Assembly (NCBI GenBank): GCA_050331735.1
Contig: JBHJGN010000054.1
Location: 1-46,739 of the forward strand
Reading direction: 5' to 3'
Length of the DNA stretch: 46,739 nt
DNA from: Cyanophyceae cyanobacterium
GTDB taxonomy: Bacteria; Cyanobacteriota; Cyanobacteriia; Cyanobacteriales; JBHJGN01
A program made the position numbers and the translations under genes. This document shows positions 1 through 9,832 of the stretch, one piece after another. Numbering within the stretch: position 1 is the stretch's first letter; every line of letters begins with the position of its first letter. The notes under the pieces are model-generated. The model ran no database searches. It had not been told where the DNA came from and worked only from the letters and a program-made list of their open reading frames with translations.

Positions 1-173
1 CCAATATCTTTGCGGAGATAGCCGCTAGAATAGCCTGATTTCTGGGCAATGGCGTCATAGGTTTCTCTATTCCAGGCTCCGCGTAAGACCAAGATTTCGA
101 TATCGCTTAGGGGTTTCAGCGAAGAGCGAACCAGTAAATCATTAGCGAGTTTCAGCGCTTGTTCGATGTCCAC
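1..173 (-). CDS. 5' part of a protein with the N-terminal HTH typical of cyanobacterial AAA-like/NB-ARC/WD40 proteins; continues beyond the window edge
   Basis: Manual translation from GTG at 173: MDIEQALKLANDLLVRSSLKPLSDIEILVLRGAWNRETYDAIAQKSGYSSGYLRKDIG. It fits the LsdieiavLrGaW..tYe.iA..sgYs..Yl.kdiG pattern. Not in the ORF track. Confidence 0.75.
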   Translation of the reverse strand, partial: MDIEQALKLANDLLVRSSLKPLSDIEILVLRGAWNRETYDAIAQKSGYSSGYLRKDI

Positions 174-226
174 GAGCACAGTTTCAACGCTTGTTTAAGA
201 TCCGTAAGAATTATATTTTATTTTTA

Positions 227-320
227 CCTGACATTTCTATACTTTTCCCGAATTTTAAACTAAATTTTCCTGACATTTTTGGAGACGACAAATTTGAAAG
301 ACTGAAATAGAATGCTTTTA
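227..320. promoter_or_regulatory. Putative operator, copy 1: CCTGACATTT...CCTGACATTTTTGGAGACGACAAA
   Basis: CTGACA at 228 and 270, ACGACA at 285. A closely similar block occurs at 3174-3255. Confidence 0.6.
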
Positions 321-687
321 TATTGAAGTTTTGTTTCCTTTGTCTTACTGACTACTGCTTGCGCATTTTAAGAGCAAGAATTGAAGTTTTTTCTTAGCAA
401 AAATCATGCATATTCTGCAAATTTCTAGCTTAAACTCATTCCATGACTTGCTAGCTTTTAAACTGGAGAAGATTGCTTGCTAAATTTGTCAAAGCCATTT
501 TTGGCATACTATGTACTTCCTTAGATACGTCAACCCCTGTTTGGGATTGTCGTTCTTAACTATCTGTTTCTAGTTGGTCTAACGAGCGACAAACAATACT
601 GCATTGTCATATTTTTTAATGTTTAGCAGTGTTGAGAACCGAAGATTTTAAGATTATTTTGTTAAAGTAACCAAGTGCGATCGCTAG

Positions 688-1401
688 ATGCCCAGTAAAA
701 TTCTTATTGTTGAAGACGAACCCGAAATTGCTCGTATTATCAGGATTACCTTGGAGCGCGAAGGGTTTTCCTGTCATGACTGCCGCGATGGCATTGCAGC
801 TCTGCAAGCCTATCGAGAGCAGCAGCCTGACGTGATTATTTTGGACTTAATGCTTCCGGGCATAGATGGACTAGAAGTTTGTGCTCGCCTTCGCCGTCAG
901 CCAGAAACTAAAGATCCTTACGTTTTGATGCTGACGGCTAGAGGAGAGGCAATCGATCGGGTGGTTGGCTTATCAACAGGTGCTGATGACTATTTAGTTA
1001 AGCCATTTATCGCAGAAGAGCTAGTGGCAAGAGTGCGGGCCCTGCTTCGGCGCAGTCTTCGTCAAATTGAGCCAGAAAATTTAATTTACCAGACTCAACA
1101 CTTCCAAGTTAATGCCAGTCAGGGCATTGCTTTCCACCGCTCTACTTCTGAAGAAGAACCTCTAAAACTCACAGTTTTGGAGTTTAAGCTGTTAAGCACT
1201 TTTGTGAGTCAGCCCCAGCAAGTCTGGAGTCGTACGCAACTGATCGATAAACTTTGGGGAGACGACTTTTTCGGGGATGACCGCGTTATTGATATTCATG
1301 TCGAGCGATTACGGAAGAAGATTGAGCTAGATCCCGCTCATCCTACATTTATTAAAACCATTATTGGAGTCGGTTATAAATTTGAAGATAAAAAAGCTTG
1401 A
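688..1401 (+). CDS. OmpR/PhoB-family response regulator
   Basis: Receiver domain (ILIVEDE, LDLMLPGIDG, GADDYLVKPF) plus winged helix (SRTQLIDKLWG, IDIHVERLRKKIE, GVGYKF). Confidence 0.95.
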   Translation: MPSKILIVEDEPEIARIIRITLEREGFSCHDCRDGIAALQAYREQQPDVIILDLMLPGIDGLEVCARLRRQPETKDPYVLMLTARGEAIDRVVGLSTGADDYLVKPFIAEELVARVRALLRRSLRQIEPENLIYQTQHFQVNASQGIAFHRSTSEEEPLKLTVLEFKLLSTFVSQPQQVWSRTQLIDKLWGDDFFGDDRVIDIHVERLRKKIELDPAHPTFIKTIIGVGYKFEDKKA

Positions 1402-1458
1402 ACCGCTTTCAAACAGTAATTTGGCTTTACTCCATTTTTTAGATAGGGATCTGCGGCA

Positions 1459-2577
1459 ATGAAAATTAAGTCAATTCAGCATTGGAAAAAGACCATGCCT
1501 CTAGCAACTCGCTTGTTGCTCTCCCATCTAATCGTGATGTTTGTGGCAGTTTGCTCGTTAGTCTGCGTTAGTAAGCTATCTTCTCCGTTCTTGTTCCTTC
1601 TCCATCTACAGCAGCTTGAAGCAAAAGGCTACAGCCTCAATCATACCCGTTCCCAGTTAGTAAAAGGGTTTAATGAAGCCTGGAATCGTGGTACGTTCTT
1701 AGCTATTTTAGCAGGAAGTACCGTGGCGGGAGGAATGAGCTACTGGGTTTCTCGTCGCGTTACTGAGCCTATCAATCAGCTAGAGCAGGTCACACATAAG
1801 TTTACCCAAGGACAGTTAGAAGAGCGACTATCAGCCACAGATATTCCTGAACTAGACCGATTGAGCGCTAGTTTTAATCATATGGCAGCCAGTTTGGAAG
1901 GGTCAGAAAAGCGCCGACGAGAGCTAATCGGCGATTTGACTCACGAGTTGCGCACCCCCCTAACGGTGATTCAAGGCTATCTAGATGGCATAACTGCTAG
2001 CCGCATAGAACCGACGGAGGATGTCTACGAAAGCATGAGGAAAGAGACGAAGCGGCTACAGCGTTTGGTCAACGATTTGCAGGAACTTTCTAGAGCAGAG
2101 GCGGGTTATCTCCCAATTCATCGAGTTCCGGTATCGCTCCATCCGCTATTGCGTTCTCTGATGGAGAAATTTTCTACTCAATTGCTCGATGATGGTCCAG
2201 TGCTTCAGCTAGACTGTCTGCCTCACCTTCCACACGTCTTAGCCGATTTTGACCGATTAGAGCAGGTACTCGTTAATCTGATAGGCAATGCAATCACTTA
2301 TACTGAACGTGGTTCGATTACTGTAAAGGCGTGGGTGGAGAAGCATCAAGTTTGGGTTGCTGTTGTCGATACTGGACAGGGCATTGCCCCTGAAGATTTA
2401 CCTCACATATTTGAGCGCTTTTGGCGTTCTGGTAGTGCTAGAAAGCGCAATTCTATGGGGTCTGGCATTGGACTTGCTATTTCTCGACGCTTGATCGAGC
2501 TACAGGGTGGCTCGATGGAGGTGGAAAGCTACTTTGGTCAAGGAAGTACATTTCGATTTTGGCTTCCTTTGGCATGA
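1459..2577 (+). CDS. HAMP-domain sensor histidine kinase (BaeS-like), cognate to the upstream regulator
   Basis: Two hydrophobic segments, HAMP, H-box THELRTPL, N-box NLIGNA, DTGQGI, FERFWR, GSGIGLAI. Confidence 0.95.
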   Translation: MKIKSIQHWKKTMPLATRLLLSHLIVMFVAVCSLVCVSKLSSPFLFLLHLQQLEAKGYSLNHTRSQLVKGFNEAWNRGTFLAILAGSTVAGGMSYWVSRRVTEPINQLEQVTHKFTQGQLEERLSATDIPELDRLSASFNHMAASLEGSEKRRRELIGDLTHELRTPLTVIQGYLDGITASRIEPTEDVYESMRKETKRLQRLVNDLQELSRAEAGYLPIHRVPVSLHPLLRSLMEKFSTQLLDDGPVLQLDCLPHLPHVLADFDRLEQVLVNLIGNAITYTERGSITVKAWVEKHQVWVAVVDTGQGIAPEDLPHIFERFWRSGSARKRNSMGSGIGLAISRRLIELQGGSMEVESYFGQGSTFRFWLPLA

Positions 2578-3173
2578 AACTAAGAACTAGCACTGTTATC
2601 TACGACAATCTAGCTTATTGTACTCACGATACAAGCGTTTCAAAACTTTCATTGGGGTTTAGTGCGTTACTGGGGTCAATAGCTGCTAGCATCTTGCAAT
2701 GAACCGTTTTAAGGTGCGAGGATTTTTTTGAGTTCATTGATAGCGGTAGAGGAACTGACACCACTTAGAGCCATATCGACTGCTGCTTGACGGCTTAAGA
2801 TTGCTCTAGATAAATGCTATCAAGGACGAAAGTTCGTCGCAGGCGCTCAGAGTTTTGACAGAGATAGTGTTGCTTTCTCTCTCTAGAATTATCGTGTTTG
2901 ACAACCTTAATAGAGCCAGATTCGGGGTAGAAGACAGGAAAATAAACAGTCGTAGATAGAAATTTATACCATTTACCGAAAGTAGTCAGATAGTTCCTTA
3001 AACTAACCAAGCATTGGAGGTTCAAGGGCAAAGAGCTGCTGTGCTTCCCTTTCCCCTTTTCCCCAACTCATCAAGTCTCCTATTACTTTTTCTAATTGGT
3101 ATTATTCTTGATCTGTGTCATCAATATTTCAACGTACTTCTTCAACAAATCAAAAATATTATTTTTTACTACA

Positions 3174-3255
3174 CCTGACATTTTCCCACCTCCAAAAAAA
3201 CTTTTCTGACATTTTTGGTAACGACAAACTTGAGAAGCTGGGATAAAGTACTTTT
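3174..3255. promoter_or_regulatory. Putative operator, copy 2: CCTGACATTT...TCTGACATTTTTGGTAACGACAAA
   Basis: CTGACA at 3175 and 3206, ACGACA at 3221. Lies immediately upstream of the FabH-like pseudogene. Confidence 0.6.
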
Positions 3256-3267
3256 GTCTAGAACAAA

Positions 3268-3798
3268 TTGAGTAGAACGATGCTTAGCAAACAAACTGTC
3301 GATGTTGTTAGTTGTCTGCTAAAGAGACTTGTTGACAATTCAACATCAAAATTTGGAAAAGAAAGAGATGACGAACTAGATGAAAACCTTTTTTTGAAGG
3401 GGGTTAATCAGAGTCGCTTGGACTCCTCTCAGGTTCAATCGTCCGATCTTAGTAACAAGGTTTTAGAGCTATTGCTGGAAAGGACTAAAGTAAAGCCGGA
3501 AGCTCTCGACCTTATTCTATATTCGTGCGTTTTTAGTGATTTTTCTGTCTCGGTATTGGAAACAGCCCTCCAGCGGCGAGTTAGAGCAACGGTGGCGACC
3601 GTGCTAAATTTGGCACAAGCTATAGTTCCTATCTATAAAGGTTAGATATAGCTCGTGCGTTTATTGAGGCAGGAATCTACAAGACCATTGCTATCGTCAC
3701 GGCAACCAATTTTACCTTGCGCCTCCGAAGTTTCAAAAGTCAAAAAAATATGGGTTTTTGGTGATGGAGAATCAGCCACCCTGGTGGTGGCTATATAG
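3268..3798 (+). pseudogene. Decayed 3-oxoacyl-ACP synthase III (FabH/KAS III-like), C-terminal half missing
   Basis: The ORF has SSDLSNKVLELLLERTKVKPEALDLILYS. After a frameshift near 3611 it reads GTSYSSYL*RLDIARAFIEAGIYKTIAIVTATNF, then WVFGDGESATLVV (3751-3789, the FGDGA motif). The codon at the catalytic Cys position appears as TAT (3621). Confidence 0.7.
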
Positions 3799-3864
3799 CT
3801 TGTCTTTGCCTGTTGAGATGAGCGACAGCAGCTAACTCATCCTTCTTAAGGAATTGAAAATACT

Positions 3865-4146
3865 ATGTTAGATAAGAGAAGCTCTAGAAAAAAGCCGCAA
3901 AGGTTTTTTTGTCCCTACTGCCAAGAAAGGTTATGGAGAATCAATAGTTCAGAGCGTAATTTTAGCTCTACTAATAGTGCTGTTCTTCTGAAAATGTACC
4001 AAGTTAGTCAGCAAGCCGAGCCTATCAACAAAGGAATAGATCTAGCTCAAAATTGCTGGCTTGAAGAGTTTATGTGTAGCGAACACGGGAAGCTGTGGCT
4101 AATCTTAGCTAGCTCAGTAGAGCAAACAAGACGGCAACCAAAATGA
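3865..4146 (+). CDS. Small basic hypothetical protein with possible Zn ligands (CPYC...CSEH); possibly truncated
   Basis: ATG ORF with upstream AAGGA. Motifs FFCPYC and WLEEFMCSEHGKLW. Confidence 0.55.
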   Translation: MLDKRSSRKKPQRFFCPYCQERLWRINSSERNFSSTNSAVLLKMYQVSQQAEPINKGIDLAQNCWLEEFMCSEHGKLWLILASSVEQTRRQPK

Positions 4147-4330
4147 GCATCTAGTCTCTTACGGGGTAGAGAAGCGGTTATTACGCAACTATCGTCGGTT
4201 CATCAGAACTCAACGCTAGTGACTTTACCATTATCTAACCATGAGGAAACGACAAGAAAACCGAAAAAGCTGATACCGTTTATCAAAAGTAACTGGAGAC
4301 TTAAACTAGAGATGGAATGAACATGAAAAT

Positions 4331-5047
4331 AGAACAGTCAGATATAAACTCCAAAGTAAATTAAAAGTTCCTCGTCCGATTCAGGAAAAATAAGACACAG
4401 GGGTAGGAAAAGTATTTCAGGAATATTTGCCAGAAAGAATTAAGGGCATAGCTAGAGAAAATTGGGGAAAGTGGCATCACGATAGAAAGATAGCCTATTG
4501 GTGTGACAAACTTTTGCGGAGGTCACCTCCGCAAAACAACTGTCAATGTCAAGACAAAACTAGGATAGGCTTTAGAAGCGAACCCGGTAGAAAAATTACT
4601 CGTAAAGGAGTCAAACCCCAACAACTTCTTCAATGGCATTACAGCTATCACTACATCTATGGCTTAATTGAGCCAGTTGGGGGGAGAAGTTTTTTCTATG
4701 AATTTTCTCATTTTAATTCGGACTGTATGGGAGTATTCCTAGAGAAGTTTGCCGGAGAGCATCCGGACCAACTTCATATCGTTCAATTAGACAATGCTCC
4801 TAATCGTACAGCCAAGAAGTTAATCGTGCCAGCTAACGTTATTTTGTTATTTCAGCCTCCCTATTCTCCAGAGATCAATCCGATTGAAAGGGGTTGGGAA
4901 TCTATTAAATACCATCTCCGCCCTTTCTGGTTTATCAACTTAGATGATGTCAAAGAAAAAGTTGCTCGGATTTCAAGCTCTCTAACTAAAGATATTATTG
5001 TCTTTTTGGCGGGTTGGGACTGTTTTACCAAGGCTTTGTCTCTCTAG
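4331..5047 (+). pseudogene. IS630 DDE transposase remnant (N-terminal HTH mostly lost, internal stop)
   Basis: RTVRYKLQSKLKVPRPIQEK* followed by YWC..QDKTRIG, QLDNA and FQPPYSPEINPIE. Confidence 0.85.
4504..4545. repeat. Small palindromic insertion inside the IS630 transposase
   Basis: TGACA...TTTTGCGGAGGT-C-ACCTCCGCAAAA...TGTCA adds 15 codons between YWC and QD. Confidence 0.7.
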
Positions 5048-5182
5048 CTACTTTTGAGAATTGGTATTACCCTCTAGAAACTGATTACGTCCCTTTAAAA
5101 AACGAAGCAGTGCTGACGAAGCGCTGGACGCAACTTGTTTTAGATTGGCAGTAAGCTTCATCGTTGCCCTACTAATGAATAC

Positions 5183-5215
5183 AAAAAAAGGCAGCACATT
5201 ACTAAATGCTGCCTT
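5183..5215 (-). terminator. Intrinsic terminator of ftsH3
   Basis: AAGGCAGCA/TGCTGCCTT stem followed by a T-run on the minus strand. Confidence 0.8.
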
Positions 5216-5236
5216 GTCGTTGACTTGAGAACAAGT

Positions 5237-7084
5237 TTAAGCTAATGCGGCCATCTTGACATCATTAGATGCCAGGAGTTCCTGAAATTCATCAGCATCT
5301 ACCGTCTCTTTCTCAATGAGCATTTCTGCTAACTTATCGAGAATATGTTTGTTACTCACTAGGACATCTTTACAGCGCTGGTAAGCCTGGTCAACAAGGC
5401 TACGAACTTCTTCGTCAATGGCCGCTGCCGTTTCGTCAGAGAAGTCGCGGTCTGAGGCAATTTCTCGACCGAGGAAGACGTTTCCCTGCTGGCGACCGAG
5501 GGCCACTGGACCTAAGCGATCGCTCATGCCAAACCGAGTCACCATCTGACGTGCCACTCGCGCAACCTGCTGAAGGTCGTTAGATGCCCCTGTGGTGACT
5601 TCCTCTTCACCGAAGATAATTTCTTCAGCCAGCCGTCCGCCTAGGGCCACCGCCATCTGATTTTGCAGATAGGAGCGAGAATACAGTCCCGACTCCATGC
5701 GGTCTTCGCTGGGAGTAAACCAGGTCAAACCACCAGCCCGACCACGCGGAATGATGCTAATTTTTTGTACCGGGTCGTAGTCCGGCATTAACGCACCGAC
5801 TAACGCGTGTCCGGCTTCGTGATATGCCACTAACGTCTTGCGCTTTTCGCTCATCACGCGATCTTTCTTTTCCGGACCTGCTAATACCCGGTCGATCGCA
5901 TCGTTGACCTCATCCATCGAAATTTCGGTGAGGTTACGACGCGCTGCGAGAATAGCGGCTTCATTAAGGAGGTTAGCAAGATCGGCTCCGGTAAATCCAG
6001 GAGTGCGTCGGGCAATCTTGTCAAGGTCAACATCTTTAGACAAGGTTTTGCCGCGAGCGTGAACCTTAAGAATTTCTTGACGACCTGCGTAGTCGGGACG
6101 GTCAACCACCACCTGGCGATCGAAACGTCCAGGGCGCAGCAGTGCGGCATCGAGTACATCAGGACGGTTGGTAGCAGCAATGATAATAATGCCCGTGTTG
6201 CCCTCAAATCCATCCATTTCGGTGAGCAACTGGTTGAGGGTTTGCTCACGCTCGTCGTTTCCGCCGCCGAGTCCCGCACCCCGCTGGCGACCAACGGCAT
6301 CGATTTCATCAATGAATACGATACAGGGAGCGTTGGCTTTGGCTTGCTCAAACAGGTCGCGGACCCGAGAAGCCCCAACGCCGACAAACATCTCGACAAA
6401 CTCCGAACCGGAGATCGAGAAGAACGGAACGCCTGCTTCTCCAGCAACAGCGCGAGCAAGCAGCGTTTTTCCGGTTCCTGGAGGTCCAACCAGCAGTACG
6501 CCTTTAGGAATTTTGGCCCCGATGGCGGTGAAGCGGTCAGCATTTTTCAGAAAGTCAACCACCTCATTCAGCTCTAGCTTGGCCTGCTCAATCCCCGCAA
6601 CATCACCGAACGTTACCTGAGTTTGAGGCTCCATCTGTACTCTGGCTTTAGATTTACCAAAGTTCATTGCCTGAGAACCAGGACCGCTCTGAGCGCGTCG
6701 GAGCAAAAAGAATAGACCAACCAGCAGCAGGATCGGGAAGAACAAGCTGCTGAGGGCTCTAAACCAGAATCCGTCATCGTTCTGAGGCAGCACCGAAATA
6801 TCAACGTTGTTCTCAGTCAGAATGTTGATTAACTGCGGATCGTTAGGCAAGTTAACCAGTACAGGAGTTCCGTCTTGAGCCGGAACGACTGCTCTCGTCC
6901 GGTCTGTACTAATCCGGATGCTTTCTACTCTTCCGGATTCAACTTCCTCAATGAGCTTACTATACTTCCACGTCTGTTGGCTCTGAGGTTGTTTATCAAA
7001 AAATGCTGTAGCAAGAGCGATGACTACGATTGCAAGTAATGCGTATAGCCCCGCGTTTCGCCACTTCTTATTGTTTTTTTTCAC
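5237..7084 (-). CDS. ftsH3: ATP-dependent zinc metalloprotease FtsH (FtsH3 type)
   Basis: N-terminus [12 protein letters not shown], Walker [20 protein letters not shown] zinc motif. Confidence 0.95.
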   Translation of the reverse strand: MKKNNKKWRNAGLYALLAIVVIALATAFFDKQPQSQQTWKYSKLIEEVESGRVESIRISTDRTRAVVPAQDGTPVLVNLPNDPQLINILTENNVDISVLPQNDDGFWFRALSSLFFPILLLVGLFFLLRRAQSGPGSQAMNFGKSKARVQMEPQTQVTFGDVAGIEQAKLELNEVVDFLKNADRFTAIGAKIPKGVLLVGPPGTGKTLLARAVAGEAGVPFFSISGSEFVEMFVGVGASRVRDLFEQAKANAPCIVFIDEIDAVGRQRGAGLGGGNDEREQTLNQLLTEMDGFEGNTGIIIIAATNRPDVLDAALLRPGRFDRQVVVDRPDYAGRQEILKVHARGKTLSKDVDLDKIARRTPGFTGADLANLLNEAAILAARRNLTEISMDEVNDAIDRVLAGPEKKDRVMSEKRKTLVAYHEAGHALVGALMPDYDPVQKISIIPRGRAGGLTWFTPSEDRMESGLYSRSYLQNQMAVALGGRLAEEIIFGEEEVTTGASNDLQQVARVARQMVTRFGMSDRLGPVALGRQQGNVFLGREIASDRDFSDETAAAIDEEVRSLVDQAYQRCKDVLVSNKHILDKLAEMLIEKETVDADEFQELLASNDVKMAALA

Positions 7085-7239
7085 GCTGGTCGCCTCCTAA
7101 AATTGAGGATAGGAAAATACCAATGAGTTTGATTGGGGTTGGCAATTGTCAACTGGTACAGACCTAAAGTGTTAGATTTTTTATGCTTATTAACTTATGT
7201 TAACGTCTCTCAGAGAATATTGACACAGGCGTGGTCAAC

Positions 7240-7940
7240 CGAGAGCCAAAAAAGCTGGCCTATGAGTTAGTCGTTCGTCGCAGCAAAGTTAGAAGGAAAC
7301 TCCCGTGTCCTTTTAGTTGCAGGGTAAAGCCTGAGTACCCTCACTGGGGCAGACAGTGAAGAATCTGGAGCGGGTAGCGGTGTGCATGAGCGCGAGACGA
7401 TACGTAAGCTTGACAATCTTGACAATACAGATACAGCGGCAAAACCTGTATTCCTTCCCAAGTTCCCGTTTATTCTAAATTAAGAGACTGGAAATGCATT
7501 ACCTAGGTTATGACCCCAGCGAGCCTCTAAATCCATTACCGTAAAGGCAATGTCTTACATCTTCTCAACAAAGCGAAAGGACTCATGAAATTCAATCCGG
7601 TCGAATAACTTAATGTTGTCCTGACACAGGCAAATATTGTTGAGATGCAAATCGCCATGACATTCTTTGATTCTCGAATTTTGCTCACTTCTCCAAAGCG
7701 ACGGATATAGTCATTGGTTGAAGCTTGAGCATAAAATTGAGCCACAACTTTGTCGAGTTCCTTGAAATGTTCTTTGGTCGCTTTTCCCTGCTCAAACATC
7801 TGCATGAACAAGCTTTCTTGAGTCAAGTAATGCATCTTTAAGGTATATTCTAGTGGGTTTCCTGCTCCTCCTAAGACAAAGTGCTCTCTAGCTTCAGCAA
7901 TTGGTAAAACGTCTAAGTAAATTTCTGGAGCTTTAGTTTT
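7240..7940 (-). pseudogene. Degraded bifunctional aminoglycoside-phosphotransferase-like/AAA_33 kinase gene; ends approximate
   Basis: Fragments across frames: KAPEIYLDVLPI..EYTLKM, CHGDLHLNNICL, DRIEF, M*DIAFTVMDLEAR, TWEGIQVLPLYL, then HRYPLQILHC after a large deletion. Confidence 0.75.
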
Positions 7941-8169
7941 AAATAAAATTATTTTATTAAGTTAAAATTGACTTAAAGTTTAGCGGTCGGAGGCTCCGGC
8001 TGCTACTTTGAGCAAGCTCAATTCTCAAGCAGTCCTAACAGCTTGCATTGCTTATCAATAAGTTTCATGAAGTTTTTTATAACTGAATTGAGATTGCTCT
8101 CATAAGCTAAAATACTGGAAATAGCGTTCAACATAAAACTGTAAAACCACTAACAAACTCAATCTACTC

Positions 8170-8607
8170 TTGTTGCCAATTTTTTATGCGGTACGGCGAA
8201 TGCAACCTAGTCAGAAGCCCTCTCTTATTTTGGTAGTGGACGATAATGAAGAGCAGCTATTACTCATCTCTTACGCTCTCTTATCCTTTAACTATTCTAA
8301 CTATACGTTTGTGGCAGCCCTGGATGCTCACACAGCTCTGTCTATTGCTAGAGATCAACAACCGGCGCTGATTTTGCTCGATATTGTCATGCCAGAGGTT
8401 AGCGGTATTGAATTAGTGCAAGAACTCAAGCAAGATGGCAGAACTCAGGATATTCCCATTGTGGCGGTGACAGCCCTCGCGAAAGAGGAACAAGAATTCC
8501 TGCTTGCCTGGGGCTGTAACGACTGCCTGACTAAACCGTACTTAATCAGCCAATTAAAAGCGGTCATCGAAGCCTCCCTCCCCAAAGAACTATCAATCGC
8601 TCAGTAG
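8170..8607 (+). CDS. Single-domain response regulator (CheY/DivK-like); the start may be ATG 8200
   Basis: ILVVDDN, ILLDIVMP, VAVTA, CLTKPY. Confidence 0.85.
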   Translation: MLPIFYAVRRMQPSQKPSLILVVDDNEEQLLLISYALLSFNYSNYTFVAALDAHTALSIARDQQPALILLDIVMPEVSGIELVQELKQDGRTQDIPIVAVTALAKEEQEFLLAWGCNDCLTKPYLISQLKAVIEASLPKELSIAQ

Positions 8608-8857
8608 CAACATTAGAGCGTTGAACACGAGAAAGACTGTTTGTTAAACACTGCGCTTGGTAACGATCGCCTTCGCCACGAGTGCGAGAAATAGATGATG
8701 GCTGGACAGTGTACAATCTATACTGGCTTGCCTGCAAGCCAAAAAGAAATATCAATGAAGTAATAAGTTGAGCGTGAAGAAGACAGTAGACTCAACTCGA
8801 ACGTACTGCTACCTTGCCCTCGACTTCCTCAAACAAGACTGCAATGGAGTTTAGAAG

Positions 8858-9715
8858 ATGAGTCCAAAAAAGGCGATCGCCCTGTTTTGCCTAACAGCCA
8901 TTCTGATTGCAACCGTTTTCGCGAAGGCTTCTCCAAGCAAAGATATTACTACCCGCATGGCGGTCGCCCATCGTCACGATCGTCCCATGCCAACCGCAAT
9001 CGCCCAAGCTGAACCAACAGTTCCCGTCACGGCCCAGCAGGTAGAGTATGCTACCGTTGGCGGGCAGACCGTCACGGGCTACTTAGCTCAACCAGAATCA
9101 GGGACAGAACTGCCTGGACTAATTGCCATTCATGAGTGGTGGGGATTGAACGAAAACATTGAAGCGATGGCGCGGCGGCTGGCGGGAGAAGGCTATCAGG
9201 TGCTAGCGGTCGATCTCTATAGTGGACAAACAGCGCAAACTCCTGAAGCCGCCCGTGAGTTAATGCAGGCGGTGATGCAAAACCCGTTACCTGCTAGGGA
9301 TAATCTTCAGCAGGCCTACGAGTATTTAACGCAGCAAGATGCGTCAAACATAGGAGTCATTGGCTGGTGCTTCGGAGGTGGCTGGGCCTTGGAAACTGCC
9401 CTGGCAATGCCGGATAAGCTGGATGCTGCCGTGATTTACTACGGTAGGCTGGTGACAGTTCCCGCAGAACTTGCTGTCCTCGATGCACCGATCCTAGGCA
9501 TTTTTGGGGCAGAAGATCAGTCTATTCCGGTTGAACAGGTGCGGGATTTTGAGCAAGCCCTCAATTCACTAGACAAAACTGCCGAAATTCATATTTATGA
9601 AGGAGCCGGTCATGCCTTTGCCAACCCTTCAGGCGATCGCTATGTGCCAGAAGCAGCGGCGGCGGCGTGGCAGGAAACGATTCAGTTCCTCAATAAGTAT
9701 CTGGCTGCCTACTAA
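8858..9715 (+). CDS. Dienelactone hydrolase family protein with signal peptide
   Basis: IHEWWGLN, GWCFGG nucleophile, AGHAFAN. Confidence 0.9.
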   Translation: MSPKKAIALFCLTAILIATVFAKASPSKDITTRMAVAHRHDRPMPTAIAQAEPTVPVTAQQVEYATVGGQTVTGYLAQPESGTELPGLIAIHEWWGLNENIEAMARRLAGEGYQVLAVDLYSGQTAQTPEAARELMQAVMQNPLPARDNLQQAYEYLTQQDASNIGVIGWCFGGGWALETALAMPDKLDAAVIYYGRLVTVPAELAVLDAPILGIFGAEDQSIPVEQVRDFEQALNSLDKTAEIHIYEGAGHAFANPSGDRYVPEAAAAAWQETIQFLNKYLAAY

Positions 9716-9832
9716 GTTTTAGGATCATAGAAATCTTCTGGTGCTGTTACTTTTTGAAAGGCTACTCCAAACTTACAGCAGCTCAGAGAAAACAGCCTCA
9801 TCTATGATCAAGTTCCAGAGGTTTTTACTAGA

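Larger units (their letters stand above)
4271..5069 (+). mobile_element. Internally deleted IS630-family element
   Basis: Imperfect 29-bp terminal inverted repeats: TGATACCGTTTATCAAAAGTAACTGGAGA (4271-4299) versus the reverse complement of 5041-5069, TAATACCAATTCTCAAAAGTAGCTAGAGA (23/29 identical). Confidence 0.8.

Noticed and set aside
2795..3031. 78-aa minus-strand ORF (and similar short ORFs at 616-807, 8564-8755, 26734-26946, 37695-37886, 46291-46479)
   Set aside because: No recognisable motifs or RBS; the last overlaps the Uma2 remnant on the opposite strand.
4504..4545. TGACA ends of the mini-palindrome as a third copy of the CTGACA operator
   Set aside because: Only 5 bp shared, in an inverted arrangement inside an IS, and without the 15-bp ACGACA spacing.
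5838..6620. Several overlapping alternative-frame ORFs within ftsH3
   Set aside because: Shadow ORFs of a conserved gene with no recognisable motifs.
7267..7461. GC-rich stretch upstream of ftsH3 considered as a tRNA or ncRNA, and its 64-aa ORF
   Set aside because: No cloverleaf or T-loop. It is explained as the frameshifted 3' part of the kinase pseudogene.
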